From assembly GCA_963743175.1 (NCBI GenBank), contig CAVUOQ010000003.1:167680-231679 (forward strand): 64,000 nt of DNA, written 5' to 3'. The position numbers and the translations under genes are program-made. The DNA comes from an uncultured delta proteobacterium (GTDB taxonomy: Bacteria > Desulfobacterota > Syntrophia > Syntrophales > Fen-1087). Of this stretch, positions 27,348-37,535 are shown in pieces (within the stretch, counting starts at the first letter, position 1; the number at the start of each line of letters is the position of its first letter). Below the pieces are notes generated by a model, which ran no database searches, was not told where the DNA came from, and saw nothing but the letters and a program-made list of their open reading frames with translations.

Positions 27348-27794
27348 CTAAGCTGACAGGATCGTTCTAACCTTTTCACTCAAGAGCTTTCCATCGGCTT
27401 TGCCGGTGAGTTTCGGCATCAGAACTTTCATGACTTTTCCCATGTCCTTGACACTCAGGGCGCCTGTTTCATCAATGGCCTTCCGGATCTCCTGGAGGAT
27501 ATCTTCTTCAGACAACTGCTGAGGCATGAAGGCCTGGATAATCTTCAGTTCCGCCTCCTCCTTCTCGACAAGATCCGGCCGTCCCCCCCTGGCAAACTGT
27601 TCGATGGAATCTTTGCGCTGCTTCACCATGCTGGACAAAGTCTGCAGAAATTCTGAATCATTCAAATCCCGCTTCAAATCGATTTCCCGATAGTGCAGGG
27701 CCGCCTTGATGAGGCGCAGGGCGGACAGGGTGATTTTATCCTTTTCCTTGGCCGCGACCACCATATCCTGATCAATTTTTGTTTTAAATTTCAT
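27348..27794 (-). CDS. yqeY: GatB/YqeY domain protein
   Basis: 148 aa; ..AMKAKD...L..LR.....I...EID..R.. pattern, ..MGKVMK.LMPKL.GKADGK.. Confidence 0.8.
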   Translation of the reverse strand: MKFKTKIDQDMVVAAKEKDKITLSALRLIKAALHYREIDLKRDLNDSEFLQTLSSMVKQRKDSIEQFARGGRPDLVEKEEAELKIIQAFMPQQLSEEDILQEIRKAIDETGALSVKDMGKVMKVLMPKLTGKADGKLLSEKVRTILSA

Positions 27795-27871
27795 ACTGTA
27801 CCTTCGCTTATCTTTATTACCGTATTATGTTATACCGCTTCTGCCGTTTGTCAACAGACCTCCCGAAAAAA

Positions 27872-28218
27872 TCAGTTCAGGTCATCTCTGAGTTTTTCGC
27901 CGCCCAACACATGGAGGTGAAGATGAAAGATCACCTGTCCCCCTCCTCTCTGCAGTTGATGATCGTTCTGAAACCTTTTTGATCCATTTTTTTGACTTTA
28001 GCAACTTCCTGGACCGCGGCAATCAGGGCATCCAGTTCCTTCATCCGTTCATCGCTAAGATCCATCAGCGTTGGAATATGGGTCTTCGGAATCACGATCA
28101 CGTGCACGGGCGCCATGGGATGTATATCATCGAAGGCCAAAACCTGATCGGTTTCATAAACCCTGGAACTTGGGATTTGACCACTCACGATCCTGCAGAA
28201 AATACAGTCATCCATCAT
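27872..28218 (-). pseudogene. HIT-family (histidine triad) protein gene interrupted by a 1-nt deletion
   Basis: ORF 27931..28218 ends ..GFRTIINCREEGDR*. The next frame continues GGQVIFHLHLHVLGGEKLRDDLN* (stop 27872-74), carrying the HxHxHxx triad. The span is 347 nt (348 expected). Confidence 0.8.
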
Positions 28219-28241
28219 ATGCCCCCCCTGAAAAACATCCG

Positions 28242-28979
28242 TTACCGCTTCGCCCTGTCGATTGCCGCTTGCAAATTCAGCCCGCCTGTATAGAGGGCCT
28301 TGCCGACAATGACCCCTATGACCCCTGCGGGCTCAAGCGCAAGCACCTGTTCAATGTCTCCGATGCCGGCCACCCCTCCGGAGGCAATAACGGGGATGCT
28401 CACCGCTTCTGCGAGGATGCGGGTCGCTTCAATATTGACGCCGGTTTCCATGCCATCCCGCTGGATGTCCGTGTAAACGATAGCCGCCAGACCATCGTCT
28501 TCATACCGTCTGGCGATATTCGCAGCGGGTTCGGACGTTTTCTCCGTCCAACCCTGGACTGCGACCAGGCCATTACGCGCATCAATCCCGACAATAATAC
28601 ACCCGCTGAATTGCCGGCAGGCATCCCGGACAAATGTTTCATGCTTCAGCGCGGCGGTCCCAAGGATGACCCATCGCACCCCCTGCTCAATATAAAATTC
28701 AACCGTTTCCATATCCCGGATACCGCCGCCCAGTTCAACCGGGATCGTAACGGCCTTGACTATCTTCAGAATCACCGCCCTGTTCCGGGGCGATCCTGCC
28801 AGGGAGCCATCCAGATCAACGATATGAATCCGCTGGGCCCCCTGCGCCTGCCATTGTACGGCGATATCCACGGGATCTTCCGAATAAACGGTGGCCCGCC
28901 GGAAATCGCCCTGCGCCAGCCGGACACACCTGCCATCTTTCAAGTCAATCGCCGGTATGACAATCACGTCTCTCTCCAA
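28242..28979 (-). CDS. hisA: phosphoribosylformimino-5-aminoimidazole carboxamide ribotide isomerase
   Basis: IPAIDLKDGRCVRL.QGD, ..IHIVDLDGS.., ..GGGIR.., ..ASGGV.. HisA motifs. Confidence 0.9.
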   Translation of the reverse strand: MERDVIVIPAIDLKDGRCVRLAQGDFRRATVYSEDPVDIAVQWQAQGAQRIHIVDLDGSLAGSPRNRAVILKIVKAVTIPVELGGGIRDMETVEFYIEQGVRWVILGTAALKHETFVRDACRQFSGCIIVGIDARNGLVAVQGWTEKTSEPAANIARRYEDDGLAAIVYTDIQRDGMETGVNIEATRILAEAVSIPVIASGGVAGIGDIEQVLALEPAGVIGVIVGKALYTGGLNLQAAIDRAKR

Positions 28980-29051
28980 AAGAAAAATCGGAATCCCCGC
29001 TACATGAAATTCCGAAGGTGCGACTGTTCTCGCTGCAATAACCGGATGAAG

Positions 29052-29792
29052 CTATTTGGACAGGGCAGGAAAGTTATTCATGATATTGTCCATCCCTCCT
29101 TCGGACAACTCCCTTACCGTCACCCACCTGCCGCCACCCCTCAGAAAGGCGGAAGCCTGAAGAACATTTTCCATCAGGGATGTTTGTGTTTTGTCAAAAC
29201 GGCCTTTCCAGACCAGGGCCGTGTCGCTGACTCTGAAAAGGTAGATTTCAAAAGCCACCGACGCGGGCTTCGCGGCGGCATAGGGCGTGCCCTGACGCTC
29301 ACGAAAACGATAGACATAACCAAAGATGATCCCGTCCACCTCCAGATCGTCTCCAACCTTCTTCAACAGGGCCAGCGGCGTGACTTTATCAAAGGCCCCG
29401 ATGTAGCGCTCATATATTCCGGCCACCCGGTCCGGAGGGATGACATCGACTTTATAGCCTGCGTTGAGCCTCTCGATAAAGATCCGTTCAATAATTGCTT
29501 CCGAACGATCAGGGGGTCCGTCCGCCCTGGTAAAAAACACGCAACGGCTGCAATCGGCCGCATTAATATCGGTTTGTTCCGGTGTGGTCTGCTGAAAAGG
29601 CGCTATGGCCAAACGTTGAAAGACCAACTTGCCGCCCTGCTGCAGCGTCGTCCCCGAACCACTCCCATTATAACATCCCGTGATCCCCAGGATGATCAGG
29701 GATAACCCGCATAAAATTATGATTTTATACAGATTTGCCTCCTTCCAGGGGATTCCGAACGGGGATCCTTTCCGATATGATTTCAGCTTCAC
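29052..29792 (-). CDS. putative lipoprotein of unknown function embedded in the his cluster
   Basis: Signal peptide with lipobox LGITGC, then a Gly/Ser linker. No family assignable from memory. Confidence 0.5.
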   Translation of the reverse strand: MKLKSYRKGSPFGIPWKEANLYKIIILCGLSLIILGITGCYNGSGSGTTLQQGGKLVFQRLAIAPFQQTTPEQTDINAADCSRCVFFTRADGPPDRSEAIIERIFIERLNAGYKVDVIPPDRVAGIYERYIGAFDKVTPLALLKKVGDDLEVDGIIFGYVYRFRERQGTPYAAAKPASVAFEIYLFRVSDTALVWKGRFDKTQTSLMENVLQASAFLRGGGRWVTVRELSEGGMDNIMNNFPALSK

Positions 29793-29797
29793 GACTG

Positions 29798-30394
29798 CTA
29801 CAGGCTCCCTTTGGTTGACAGGACACCCTCGATCCGCCCGTGGAGGGTCACGGCTTTATTGAGTGCGCGTGCAAAGGCCTTGAAGATGGCTTCGGCCATG
29901 TGATGGTTGTTCCTGCCATAATGCACGTTGATATGCAAGGTTATTCCGCTATGGTCTGAAAAAGATTTAAAAAACTCCTTAATCAGGGCCGGGTCAAAGG
30001 TACCGATTTTCGCTTCTCCGAACGCTGCATTGTAAATCAGATAAGGGCGGCCGGAGATGTCCATGGCCACCCCGCACAGCGCCTCATCCATGGGAACCAG
30101 CGATTGCCCGTAACGTGCGATGCCCTCCTTGCCCCCCAGTGCCTGTTTGACGGCCGTCCCCAAACAAATTCCCAGATCTTCCACAAGATGGTGTTCATCA
30201 ACGGATGTGTCCCCCTGACTCTGGACACACAGATCGAAAAAACCGTGTTTTGCAAAAAGATGAAACATGTGATCCAGAAATGGAACGGTGGTCACAATAT
30301 CCGCCTTGCCGGATCCATCCAGATTGATTTCAAGAGATACCTCTGTTTCCGTTGTCTTTCTGTATATTTTCGAGATTCTGTCCATGGGGCTCAT
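29798..30394 (-). CDS. hisB: imidazoleglycerol-phosphate dehydratase
   Basis: RKTTETEV..LDG.G...I.T.V.FLDHM...F..HG.FDL......D..VD.HH..ED.GI..G; NNHH..EA.FKA. Confidence 0.95.
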   Translation of the reverse strand: MSPMDRISKIYRKTTETEVSLEINLDGSGKADIVTTVPFLDHMFHLFAKHGFFDLCVQSQGDTSVDEHHLVEDLGICLGTAVKQALGGKEGIARYGQSLVPMDEALCGVAMDISGRPYLIYNAAFGEAKIGTFDPALIKEFFKSFSDHSGITLHINVHYGRNNHHMAEAIFKAFARALNKAVTLHGRIEGVLSTKGSL

Positions 30395-30399
30395 CCTTT

Positions 30400-31272
30400 T
30401 CAGATCACTTTATTCAGCGGATACTCGATAATCCCTTCTGCACCCGCTTCCTGCAGCAGGGGGATCAAATCTCTGACGATGCCGGCACTGACAATCGTCT
30501 CTACGGCAAACCACTCTTCGGAATATAAATTGGATATGGTCGGCGCCTTCAAAGACGGCAGCAAAAGGACAACCCGCCCAAGATTTTCCTTGGACACATT
30601 CAATTTCAAACCCACCTTCCCCAACGCCTGGAGCGCACCATTCAGGAGCGTCCTGATTTGCTCAATTTTCTGTCTCTTCCAGGGATTTTCCCAGGCAGAC
30701 GGATTGGCAATGAGCTGTGTATTGGTCTGCATTAATTCACAAACGATTCTGAGTTTGTTGGCCCTGATCGTGGAACCCGTTTCCGTGACTTCCACGATCG
30801 CGTCCACCAGGCCCTCCACCACTTTTGCCTCTGTCGCCCCCCAGGAAAATTCGACATGAACATCAATATTTCTTTCCCGGAAATAGCGTTTCGTAAAATG
30901 GACCAGTTCCGTGGAAATACGTTTCCCCTGCATATCTTCAAGAGACTGGATCGGTGAATCTTCCCGGACTACGAGCACCCAGCTCGCCTTTCTTGTTGAG
31001 GTCTTGGAATAGACAAGGTCCTGCACGGTTACGACCGTTGAGTCATTTTCAATGACCCAGTCCCTTCCCGTCAGCCCCAGATCCAGGGTCCCATCTTCCA
31101 CATATCTCGACATTTCCTGGGCCCGGACCAGACTGCAGGCAATTTCGTCATCGTCAATATCCGGGAAATAGCTTCGGCTATCATAGGTGATGCGCCAGCC
31201 GGCTCTCTTAAAAAGCTCAACCGTGTTGACCTCCAGGCTGCCTTTGGGAATACCCAGTTTCAGTTTATTCAT
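30400..31272 (-). CDS. hisG: ATP phosphoribosyltransferase (long form)
   Basis: [10 protein letters not shown], ..DLGLTGRDW.., ..[13 protein letters not shown]-terminal regulatory domain; 290 aa. Confidence 0.9.
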   Translation of the reverse strand: MNKLKLGIPKGSLEVNTVELFKRAGWRITYDSRSYFPDIDDDEIACSLVRAQEMSRYVEDGTLDLGLTGRDWVIENDSTVVTVQDLVYSKTSTRKASWVLVVREDSPIQSLEDMQGKRISTELVHFTKRYFRERNIDVHVEFSWGATEAKVVEGLVDAIVEVTETGSTIRANKLRIVCELMQTNTQLIANPSAWENPWKRQKIEQIRTLLNGALQALGKVGLKLNVSKENLGRVVLLLPSLKAPTISNLYSEEWFAVETIVSAGIVRDLIPLLQEAGAEGIIEYPLNKVI

Positions 31273-31646
31273 TTTTTATAGACGTCCTCCGGATTAAAAA
31301 TTCTCACCCCTGTATTTTCAACCCGCCCGTCGACCAGCTTTCGATAAAAGCAGGACCGGTAACCGGTATGGCAGGCAGCCCCCCCCAACTGATGGACCTT
31401 GAGCAAAATCGTATCGTCGTCACAGTCGATCCGCACCTCCCGGACAAGCTGAACGTGTCCCGACGTCTCCCCCTTGAGCCACAGGGTATTGCGGGACCGG
31501 CTCCAGAAGGTCGCCTTGCCTGTTTCCAGCGTTCTCAACCAGGCATCGCGGTTCATGTAAGCCAGCATCAGCACTTCGCCCGTTTCATCGTCCTGAACAA
31601 TCGCGGGGAGCAGACCTCCCCCCTTGTTAAAATCGGGATCGAACAT
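31269..31646 (-). CDS. hisI: phosphoribosyl-AMP cyclohydrolase (monofunctional)
   Basis: [21 protein letters not shown]...T...G.A.FWSRSR..LW.KGETSG; [21 protein letters not shown]. Confidence 0.9.
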   Translation of the reverse strand: MFDPDFNKGGGLLPAIVQDDETGEVLMLAYMNRDAWLRTLETGKATFWSRSRNTLWLKGETSGHVQLVREVRIDCDDDTILLKVHQLGGAACHTGYRSCFYRKLVDGRVENTGVRIFNPEDVYKK

Positions 31647-31685
31647 TAAATCATGTCTTCTTTCAACACTTATTCCAGGCGGCGT

Positions 31686-31714
31686 ATGCTAATTTAAGAA
31701 TCCGTTTTTATCAA
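31686..31714 (-). promoter_or_regulatory. putative sigma-70 promoter of the his cluster (TTGATA-N17-TAGCAT)
   Basis: Minus-strand TTGATA (31714-31709), a 17-nt spacer and TAGCAT (31691-31686), about 40 nt upstream of the hisI ATG. Confidence 0.4.
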
Positions 31715-31850
31715 GCATTATTTCTTTTCAGGCATATTCGCCTGCATATTCACCTTGCCTCGTTCTTACATTTGTGATAGAAAATATCCGCGATTTTTTT
31801 ATTTTTGCGCCTTCATTTTCATATAAACATCGGATCGAGGAGGTAAAACC

Positions 31851-32156
31851 ATGTCACTGCTCATAGCCGGCGCCGTATCGGCAGTTCTGGGTTTGATCGG
31901 CCTCATGGCCTGGTGGAATGACTTTCTGATCATTCTCAAGGGGGCCGTCCCTCTGGCGATGCTTCTGGGCGGCATCCTGGCTATTTACGTGGGATTTGAT
32001 GATATCCAGGATAAGATGCGTGAGGAACGGGTGCGGCAGGACGCAAAACTGGATAAGACCAGGGAGGAAATGGAGATCGTCCGGGCCAAGGCTGAACAGT
32101 ATCGGGAAGAGCTTGAACGGTTAAAAGAACTTGCAAAGTCCGGCAAGGACGCCTGA
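31851..32156 (+). CDS. small membrane protein with C-terminal coiled coil (hypothetical)
   Basis: Strong RBS GAGGAGG; two hydrophobic helices, then the charged helix ..REERVRQDAKLDKTREEMEIVRAKAEQYREELERLKE. Confidence 0.55.
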   Translation: MSLLIAGAVSAVLGLIGLMAWWNDFLIILKGAVPLAMLLGGILAIYVGFDDIQDKMREERVRQDAKLDKTREEMEIVRAKAEQYREELERLKELAKSGKDA

Positions 32157-32542
32157 AGTATTAAATTTCACTTGACAGTTAAAAAAAAATAAACTAGGGA
32201 TGGCCCGCACAGAAAATTTTGGTCGTTAATGAGATGATCGTCAATAAACTGAAATTCAGAATATCCTTGCGCGCCACCAATCATCCCCCCTACATGTATT
32301 GATGCCTGCTGCCCATGTCTTTATGGGTAAGCAGGCCTTCTAGATTTCATCATTTACTCCAAAAATTATTTTTTTATTCGGCAGGACTTGACCATGTTTT
32401 ACATTATCGACGATTTTTATTACTTTTTTTCATCCAAATATGGCTATTGATGCCTGTATGTTTCGCTTGCCGGGAAGCAGGCAGGACAACGACGTAAATA
32501 TTTACAAGACCCATAAACAATGACCACCATAAGGAGACCAAA

Positions 32543-33574
32543 ATGAAAAAGAAAATATTTATATGGATTGCTTTTCTCGTGGCAGCCGGATGGGGCATAG
32601 CCGGTTCGTCGAAAGTTTTGGAAGCATCAACCACCAATCTGACCTACAGCGTATTCTTCCCGCCGACCCATGGGCAGAGCAAAGCCGCCGCCGACTGGGC
32701 CAAAGAGATCGAAAAACGGACCGACGGCCGGGTCAAGATCAATGTGTTTTCCGGCGGGACCCTCACCCCGGCGGATCAAACCTATGACGGTGTCGTCAAG
32801 GGAATCTCCGACATTGGCATGTCCTGTTTTGCCTACACCCGGGGACGCTTCCCCATCATGGAAGTTCTTGACCTTCCAATGGGTTATCCCAACGGGCGCA
32901 CAGCAACGCGTGTCGCCAACGATTTCTTCACGAAATTCAAACCCAAAGAACTTGACGGCGTCAAAGTTCTCTATATCCATGCCCACGGACCGGGGCTCCT
33001 GCATACCTTAAAGCCGGTCCAGTCCTTGCGGGATCTGAAGGGCATGAAGATCCGTTCTACCGGTCTGAGCGCGAAGGTGGTCGAAATGCTGGGCGCCGTT
33101 CCGGTGGCGATGCCGCAGGGGGGAACCTATGAGGCCCTGCAAAGAGGGGTCGTGGATGGAACATTCACCCCCATTGAAACCCTGAAAGGCTGGAAGCAGG
33201 CCGAAGTTGTCAAATATACAACCGATTCATCTGGTGTCGGCTATACGACCGCCATGTTCGTGGTCATGAACCTTAAAAAATGGAACGCCTTGCCGAAAGA
33301 CATCCAGGACATCTTCGAAGCGGTCAGCGGCCAGTGGGTTGACGTTCATGGACAAACGTGGGACACGTTGGATTTGGAAGGCCGCCAGTACACACTGAGT
33401 CTCGGCAATAAAGTCATCTCATTAAGCAAAGAGGAAAATGCCCGGTGGAAAAAAGCGGTCAGCCCGATTATCCAGGACTATATCAAAACAACAAACGCCA
33501 AGGGTCTGAACGGACAGCAGGCCGTCAAGGAAGTCGAAAGTTTAATTAAGAAGTATGGCAAACTGTACAAATAG
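32543..33574 (+). CDS. dctP: TRAP transporter substrate-binding protein (DctP family)
   Basis: Signal peptide, 343 aa, followed by the DctQ/DctM genes. ..P..H......A..WA.EIEKRT.GRV.I.VF..G.L. Confidence 0.85.
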   Translation: MKKKIFIWIAFLVAAGWGIAGSSKVLEASTTNLTYSVFFPPTHGQSKAAADWAKEIEKRTDGRVKINVFSGGTLTPADQTYDGVVKGISDIGMSCFAYTRGRFPIMEVLDLPMGYPNGRTATRVANDFFTKFKPKELDGVKVLYIHAHGPGLLHTLKPVQSLRDLKGMKIRSTGLSAKVVEMLGAVPVAMPQGGTYEALQRGVVDGTFTPIETLKGWKQAEVVKYTTDSSGVGYTTAMFVVMNLKKWNALPKDIQDIFEAVSGQWVDVHGQTWDTLDLEGRQYTLSLGNKVISLSKEENARWKKAVSPIIQDYIKTTNAKGLNGQQAVKEVESLIKKYGKLYK

Positions 33575-33601
33575 AAGGTCCTGCTGAAGGGATAATCGAT
33601 T

Positions 33602-34087
33602 ATGCTTCGATTGGAACGGGCCGTCACGGTGACGAGCCGCTGGTTCAATTATGCCGCTTGCCTGGCCGTTGTCGTCATGATGCTGCTGTCCTGCGCCGAT
33701 GTGGCCCTACGGCTCTTCGGCGCCCCCATCCCCGGCGCCTATGAAATGGTGGGTTTTCTGGGCGCCGTGATTGTCTCCTTTGCACTTGCTTATACCTCCC
33801 TGCAGCGGGGGCATGTGGCGGTGGAACTGCTTTTTGAAAAACTGCCTCCACGGGCACAGTGCTTCGTTGAAGCGGGTGGCAATCTGATCGGCGCCGCCCT
33901 CTTCGGCCTCATGGCCTGGCAGAGCCTCACTTACGGTACGGACCTGCGACACAGCGGGGAAGTGTCTTTGACGCTCCAGATGCCGGTTTATCCCTTTGTC
34001 TATGGCATCGCCCTCGGTTCCGGCATGTTGGCGCTGGTTCTGCTCATCGATTTCATCAGATCCTTGAAAAGGGGACTGGAAGTATGA
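33602..34087 (+). CDS. dctQ: TRAP transporter small permease (DctQ family)
   Basis: 161 aa, 4 TM helices, overlaps the dctM start (ATGA). Confidence 0.8.
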   Translation: MLRLERAVTVTSRWFNYAACLAVVVMMLLSCADVALRLFGAPIPGAYEMVGFLGAVIVSFALAYTSLQRGHVAVELLFEKLPPRAQCFVEAGGNLIGAALFGLMAWQSLTYGTDLRHSGEVSLTLQMPVYPFVYGIALGSGMLALVLLIDFIRSLKRGLEV

Positions 34088-35385
34088 CGCCGACCATGAT
34101 GGGGTTAACGAGCTTTGTTGCTCTCGTGTTGCTCATGTTCCTGAAAATCCCGGTGGGATTTGTCATGGCCATCGTGGGATTTGCGGGGTTCGGACTTCTG
34201 ATCTCCTGGGATGCGTCACTGAGTCTGCTCGCCCGTGATTTTTTCTCCGTTTTCAGTTCCTACAATCTGACCGTCATCCCGCTCTTCGTTTTCATGGGAC
34301 AGGTGGCTCACCATTCCGGCATGAGCGGCCGGCTTTTCAATACCGCCCACAAGTTTCTGGGACACCTCCCCGGCGGACTGGCCATCGCCACCATCGGGGC
34401 CTGCGCCGGTTTTTCCGCTATTTGCGGCTCCACGAGCGCGACCGCGGCCACCATGGCCTCGGTCGCCTTGCCGCAGATGAAAAAATACAATTACGACCCC
34501 GCATTGGCCACGGGCGTCGTCGCCGCCGGGGGCAGTCTGGGCATCCTCATTCCGCCCAGCACGATCTTTATCATCTACGGTATCATGACGGAACAGTCCA
34601 TCGGCAAACTGTTCATGGCCGGCGTCCTGCCCGGCATCCTCCTGACCCTGCTTTTTATTCTGACGATTGTCATCTGGACACACCTGCGCCCGGACATCTG
34701 TGAAAAAGCGCCGAAGTCCACCTGGAAAGAAAGAATCGCCTCTCTGACGGGCGTGATCGAAACCTTCATTCTCTTTGTCATGGTCATGGGCGGCCTTTTC
34801 GTGGGCCTTTTCACCCCGACCGAGGCGGCGGCCATCGGCGCTTTTGGAACGCTCCTCATTGCGCTGGTCGGCCGCAATCTTTCGTGGCGGGGTTTAATCA
34901 GATCTTTGGATGAAACCACCCGGGTTTCCTGTATGATCTTCGTCATCGTCGCCGGCGCCACTGTTTTCGGGCACTTCCTGGCCGTAACCGGCATTCCGGC
35001 AAACATCGGAACCTGGGTATCAGGGCTTGCCTTGCCGCCTCCCGTTATCATCGGATTGATCCTTCTGGTCTATCTGGTTCTCGGCTGCCTGATGGATTCG
35101 CTGGCCATGATCATGCTCACGATTCCCATCTTTTTTCCGGTCGTGACCACCCTCGGCTATGATCCCATCTGGTTCGGCGTGATCATTGTTCTGGTCACGG
35201 AGATGGGCGTCATCACACCGCCCGTGGGCATTAATGTTTATGTCGTCGCCGGCGTGGCGCGGGATGTTCCCCTGCACATTATCTTCAAAGGCGCGACCCA
35301 CCTGCTCATGGCCCTGCTGGTCACGGCGATCCTGTTGATCCTCTTTCCTCAGATTGCGACGTACCTGCCCAGCTTAATGAAATGA
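34084..35385 (+). CDS. dctM: TRAP transporter large permease (DctM family)
   Basis: 433 aa polytopic protein; ..GGSLGILIPPS....IYG.. DctM signature. Confidence 0.9.
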   Translation: MTPTMMGLTSFVALVLLMFLKIPVGFVMAIVGFAGFGLLISWDASLSLLARDFFSVFSSYNLTVIPLFVFMGQVAHHSGMSGRLFNTAHKFLGHLPGGLAIATIGACAGFSAICGSTSATAATMASVALPQMKKYNYDPALATGVVAAGGSLGILIPPSTIFIIYGIMTEQSIGKLFMAGVLPGILLTLLFILTIVIWTHLRPDICEKAPKSTWKERIASLTGVIETFILFVMVMGGLFVGLFTPTEAAAIGAFGTLLIALVGRNLSWRGLIRSLDETTRVSCMIFVIVAGATVFGHFLAVTGIPANIGTWVSGLALPPPVIIGLILLVYLVLGCLMDSLAMIMLTIPIFFPVVTTLGYDPIWFGVIIVLVTEMGVITPPVGINVYVVAGVARDVPLHIIFKGATHLLMALLVTAILLILFPQIATYLPSLMK

Positions 35386-35418
35386 AAATCCTTTGAAGAA
35401 ACGACCGGAGGAGCAAAG

Positions 35419-37512
35419 ATGGATTTCTTTTTCAATCCGAAAGCGATCGCCGTGGTGGGTGCTACGCCCAACCCGTTCAAGGGAGGCTGTTCGATTCTGA
35501 AAAACCTGATCGCCGGTTATCAGGGAAGGATCTATCCCATCAACCCCCGTTATGACAAAATCGAAGGGTTGCCCGCCTTCCCGTCCGTTAACGCCGTTGA
35601 CGGTCCGGTCGATCTGGCCATCGTTTTTGTGCCGGCACAGGCGACGCCGGACGCTATTGAAGACTGCATCCGCAAGGGCGTCTCCGGCGTCATCATCGAG
35701 TCCGGCGGCTTTGCTGAAACGGGCACTGAGGGCCGGCGGCTGCAGCAGCGGATTCTCGATAGGGCCAGGGGGGCCGGCATCCGGCTGTGGGGACCCAACT
35801 GCATGGGCCTTGTGGATGCGGTTCATGGCCGTGTCTTCTCCTTCCTCGACCCCAGAGCGCTTCAGGCAGGCCTCGTCCCGGGCAATGTTTCCCTGGTGGT
35901 GCAGAGCGGCATGCTGTCCGCCGGTTTCCTGGTTGACATCATGACACACGGCATCATGGGGATCAGCAAGGTTTGCTCCGTGGGCAACAAAATGGACGTC
36001 GACGAGTGCGATCTTGTGCCCTGGCTGTTGAGAGATCCCGACACCGCCGTTATCGGACTCTATCTGGAGACGATCGCCCGCGGCCGGCGCTTTGCGGATA
36101 TTTGCCGCAGCAGCGCCAAACCGATTGTGGTCCTCAAGGGCGGCAAAAGCCCCAGAGGCGCCCAGGCGGCCATGAGCCACACTGCAAGTCTCGCCGGAAA
36201 CCGGCGGATTGTCTCCGGAGCGCTCGCGCAGACCGGAGTGATCGAAGCCTACGACTTCAAGCAGATGATGGATCTCTGCCGGTCCCTGGCGATGGTTCCG
36301 AACAAAGCCGATGAATTGAAAGGCGGTGTTGCCATTCTAACCTTCAGCGGCGGCGCGGGCATTGTTTCTTCAGACTTTCTCGAAGAGATGGGCCTCACCG
36401 TGGCCGATTTTGCCGACGACACAAAAAAAAGTCTGCAGGCTGTCTTTCCCGAATGGATGCCCGTGGCCAACCCCGTGGATCTGTGGCCGGCCATGGAAAA
36501 AAACGCCGCGACCGATGTGGATATATACAGCAAGGCCATGAAGACCGTTCTGGCCGACCCGGCGGTCGCTGCCGTGCTGCTGCACGTCTTTGTCGGCAAT
36601 TTCCGGATCAGGATCAATCTGCCGGACCTGGCGCAGCAGTCGCGGGCTGCCGGCAAGCCCGTTTTCATCTGGCTTTTGGGCAGGCGGGATGAGGCGTATC
36701 AGTTTCAGATGACAGCCCGCGAGCAGGGGGTGCCGGTGTTCCAGGAACTTCATCGCGCTGTGGAATGTCTCTCCATCGTCATGCGCCGGGAAAAGCGGGC
36801 CACATCGGCCATTTTCGCTAATAAAGCCGGCAAATGTCTGCCCTTAGCACTTGAATTCCGACAACTGCTTGCGGAGGTCAACGGCCCGCTGGACGAGTTC
36901 ATTTCAAAGCAGATTCTGAAGACTTACGATATCCCCACGGTGGATGAAGCCATCGCCACCGATGTCCATGAATGCCTGCAGGCAGCGGCGAGGATCGGCT
37001 ATCCCGTCGTCATGAAGGGGTTGCAAGAGGGCGGCGTCCATAAAACAGAGATGGGGCTGGTCTATCTCGATATCCGCAACAAATCGACGGCAATGAGAAC
37101 CTTCAAAACACTCACAAGGAAGATGGGCGGCCGTGGCAGGGTCCTGATCCAGAAGCAGGTGAAAGGCCATGTCGAACTGATCCTGGGGCTGATACGAGAT
37201 CCCCAGTTCGGCCCCTGCGTCATGATCGGCCTGGGCGGCATCATGGCCGAGGTCTTCCAGGATGCGGTTTTTGCCATGGCTCCGCTGAACCATCAGGAAG
37301 CGCTGGCACTCACCGGTCGCCTTCAGGGGCAGCAGCTGCTGGACGGCTTCCGGGGAAACCCGCCGGTGAACAGGGAGGAGATTGCCCGGATGCTTGTGAC
37401 CCTGGGAACCATCGGGCTGGCCTATCCCCGTATTCAGGAAATCGACATCAACCCACTGATTGTCGGTGCGGCGGGGGCTGTCGCGGTGGATGCCACGATT
37501 ATTCTCGGGTAG
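35419..37512 (+). CDS. ADP-forming acyl-CoA synthetase (acetate--CoA ligase family: CoA-binding + ligase-CoA + ATP-grasp)
   Basis: FFNPKAIAVVGATPNP.KGG, ..NPRYD.I.G..A..S...V..PVDLAIV.VPA.., C-terminal ATP-grasp ..GYPVVMK...GG.HKTE.G.V.L.; 697 aa. Confidence 0.85.
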   Translation: MDFFFNPKAIAVVGATPNPFKGGCSILKNLIAGYQGRIYPINPRYDKIEGLPAFPSVNAVDGPVDLAIVFVPAQATPDAIEDCIRKGVSGVIIESGGFAETGTEGRRLQQRILDRARGAGIRLWGPNCMGLVDAVHGRVFSFLDPRALQAGLVPGNVSLVVQSGMLSAGFLVDIMTHGIMGISKVCSVGNKMDVDECDLVPWLLRDPDTAVIGLYLETIARGRRFADICRSSAKPIVVLKGGKSPRGAQAAMSHTASLAGNRRIVSGALAQTGVIEAYDFKQMMDLCRSLAMVPNKADELKGGVAILTFSGGAGIVSSDFLEEMGLTVADFADDTKKSLQAVFPEWMPVANPVDLWPAMEKNAATDVDIYSKAMKTVLADPAVAAVLLHVFVGNFRIRINLPDLAQQSRAAGKPVFIWLLGRRDEAYQFQMTAREQGVPVFQELHRAVECLSIVMRREKRATSAIFANKAGKCLPLALEFRQLLAEVNGPLDEFISKQILKTYDIPTVDEAIATDVHECLQAAARIGYPVVMKGLQEGGVHKTEMGLVYLDIRNKSTAMRTFKTLTRKMGGRGRVLIQKQVKGHVELILGLIRDPQFGPCVMIGLGGIMAEVFQDAVFAMAPLNHQEALALTGRLQGQQLLDGFRGNPPVNREEIARMLVTLGTIGLAYPRIQEIDINPLIVGAAGAVAVDATIILG

Positions 37513-37535
37513 CAGGTCAGGGAGCCGTACATCAT

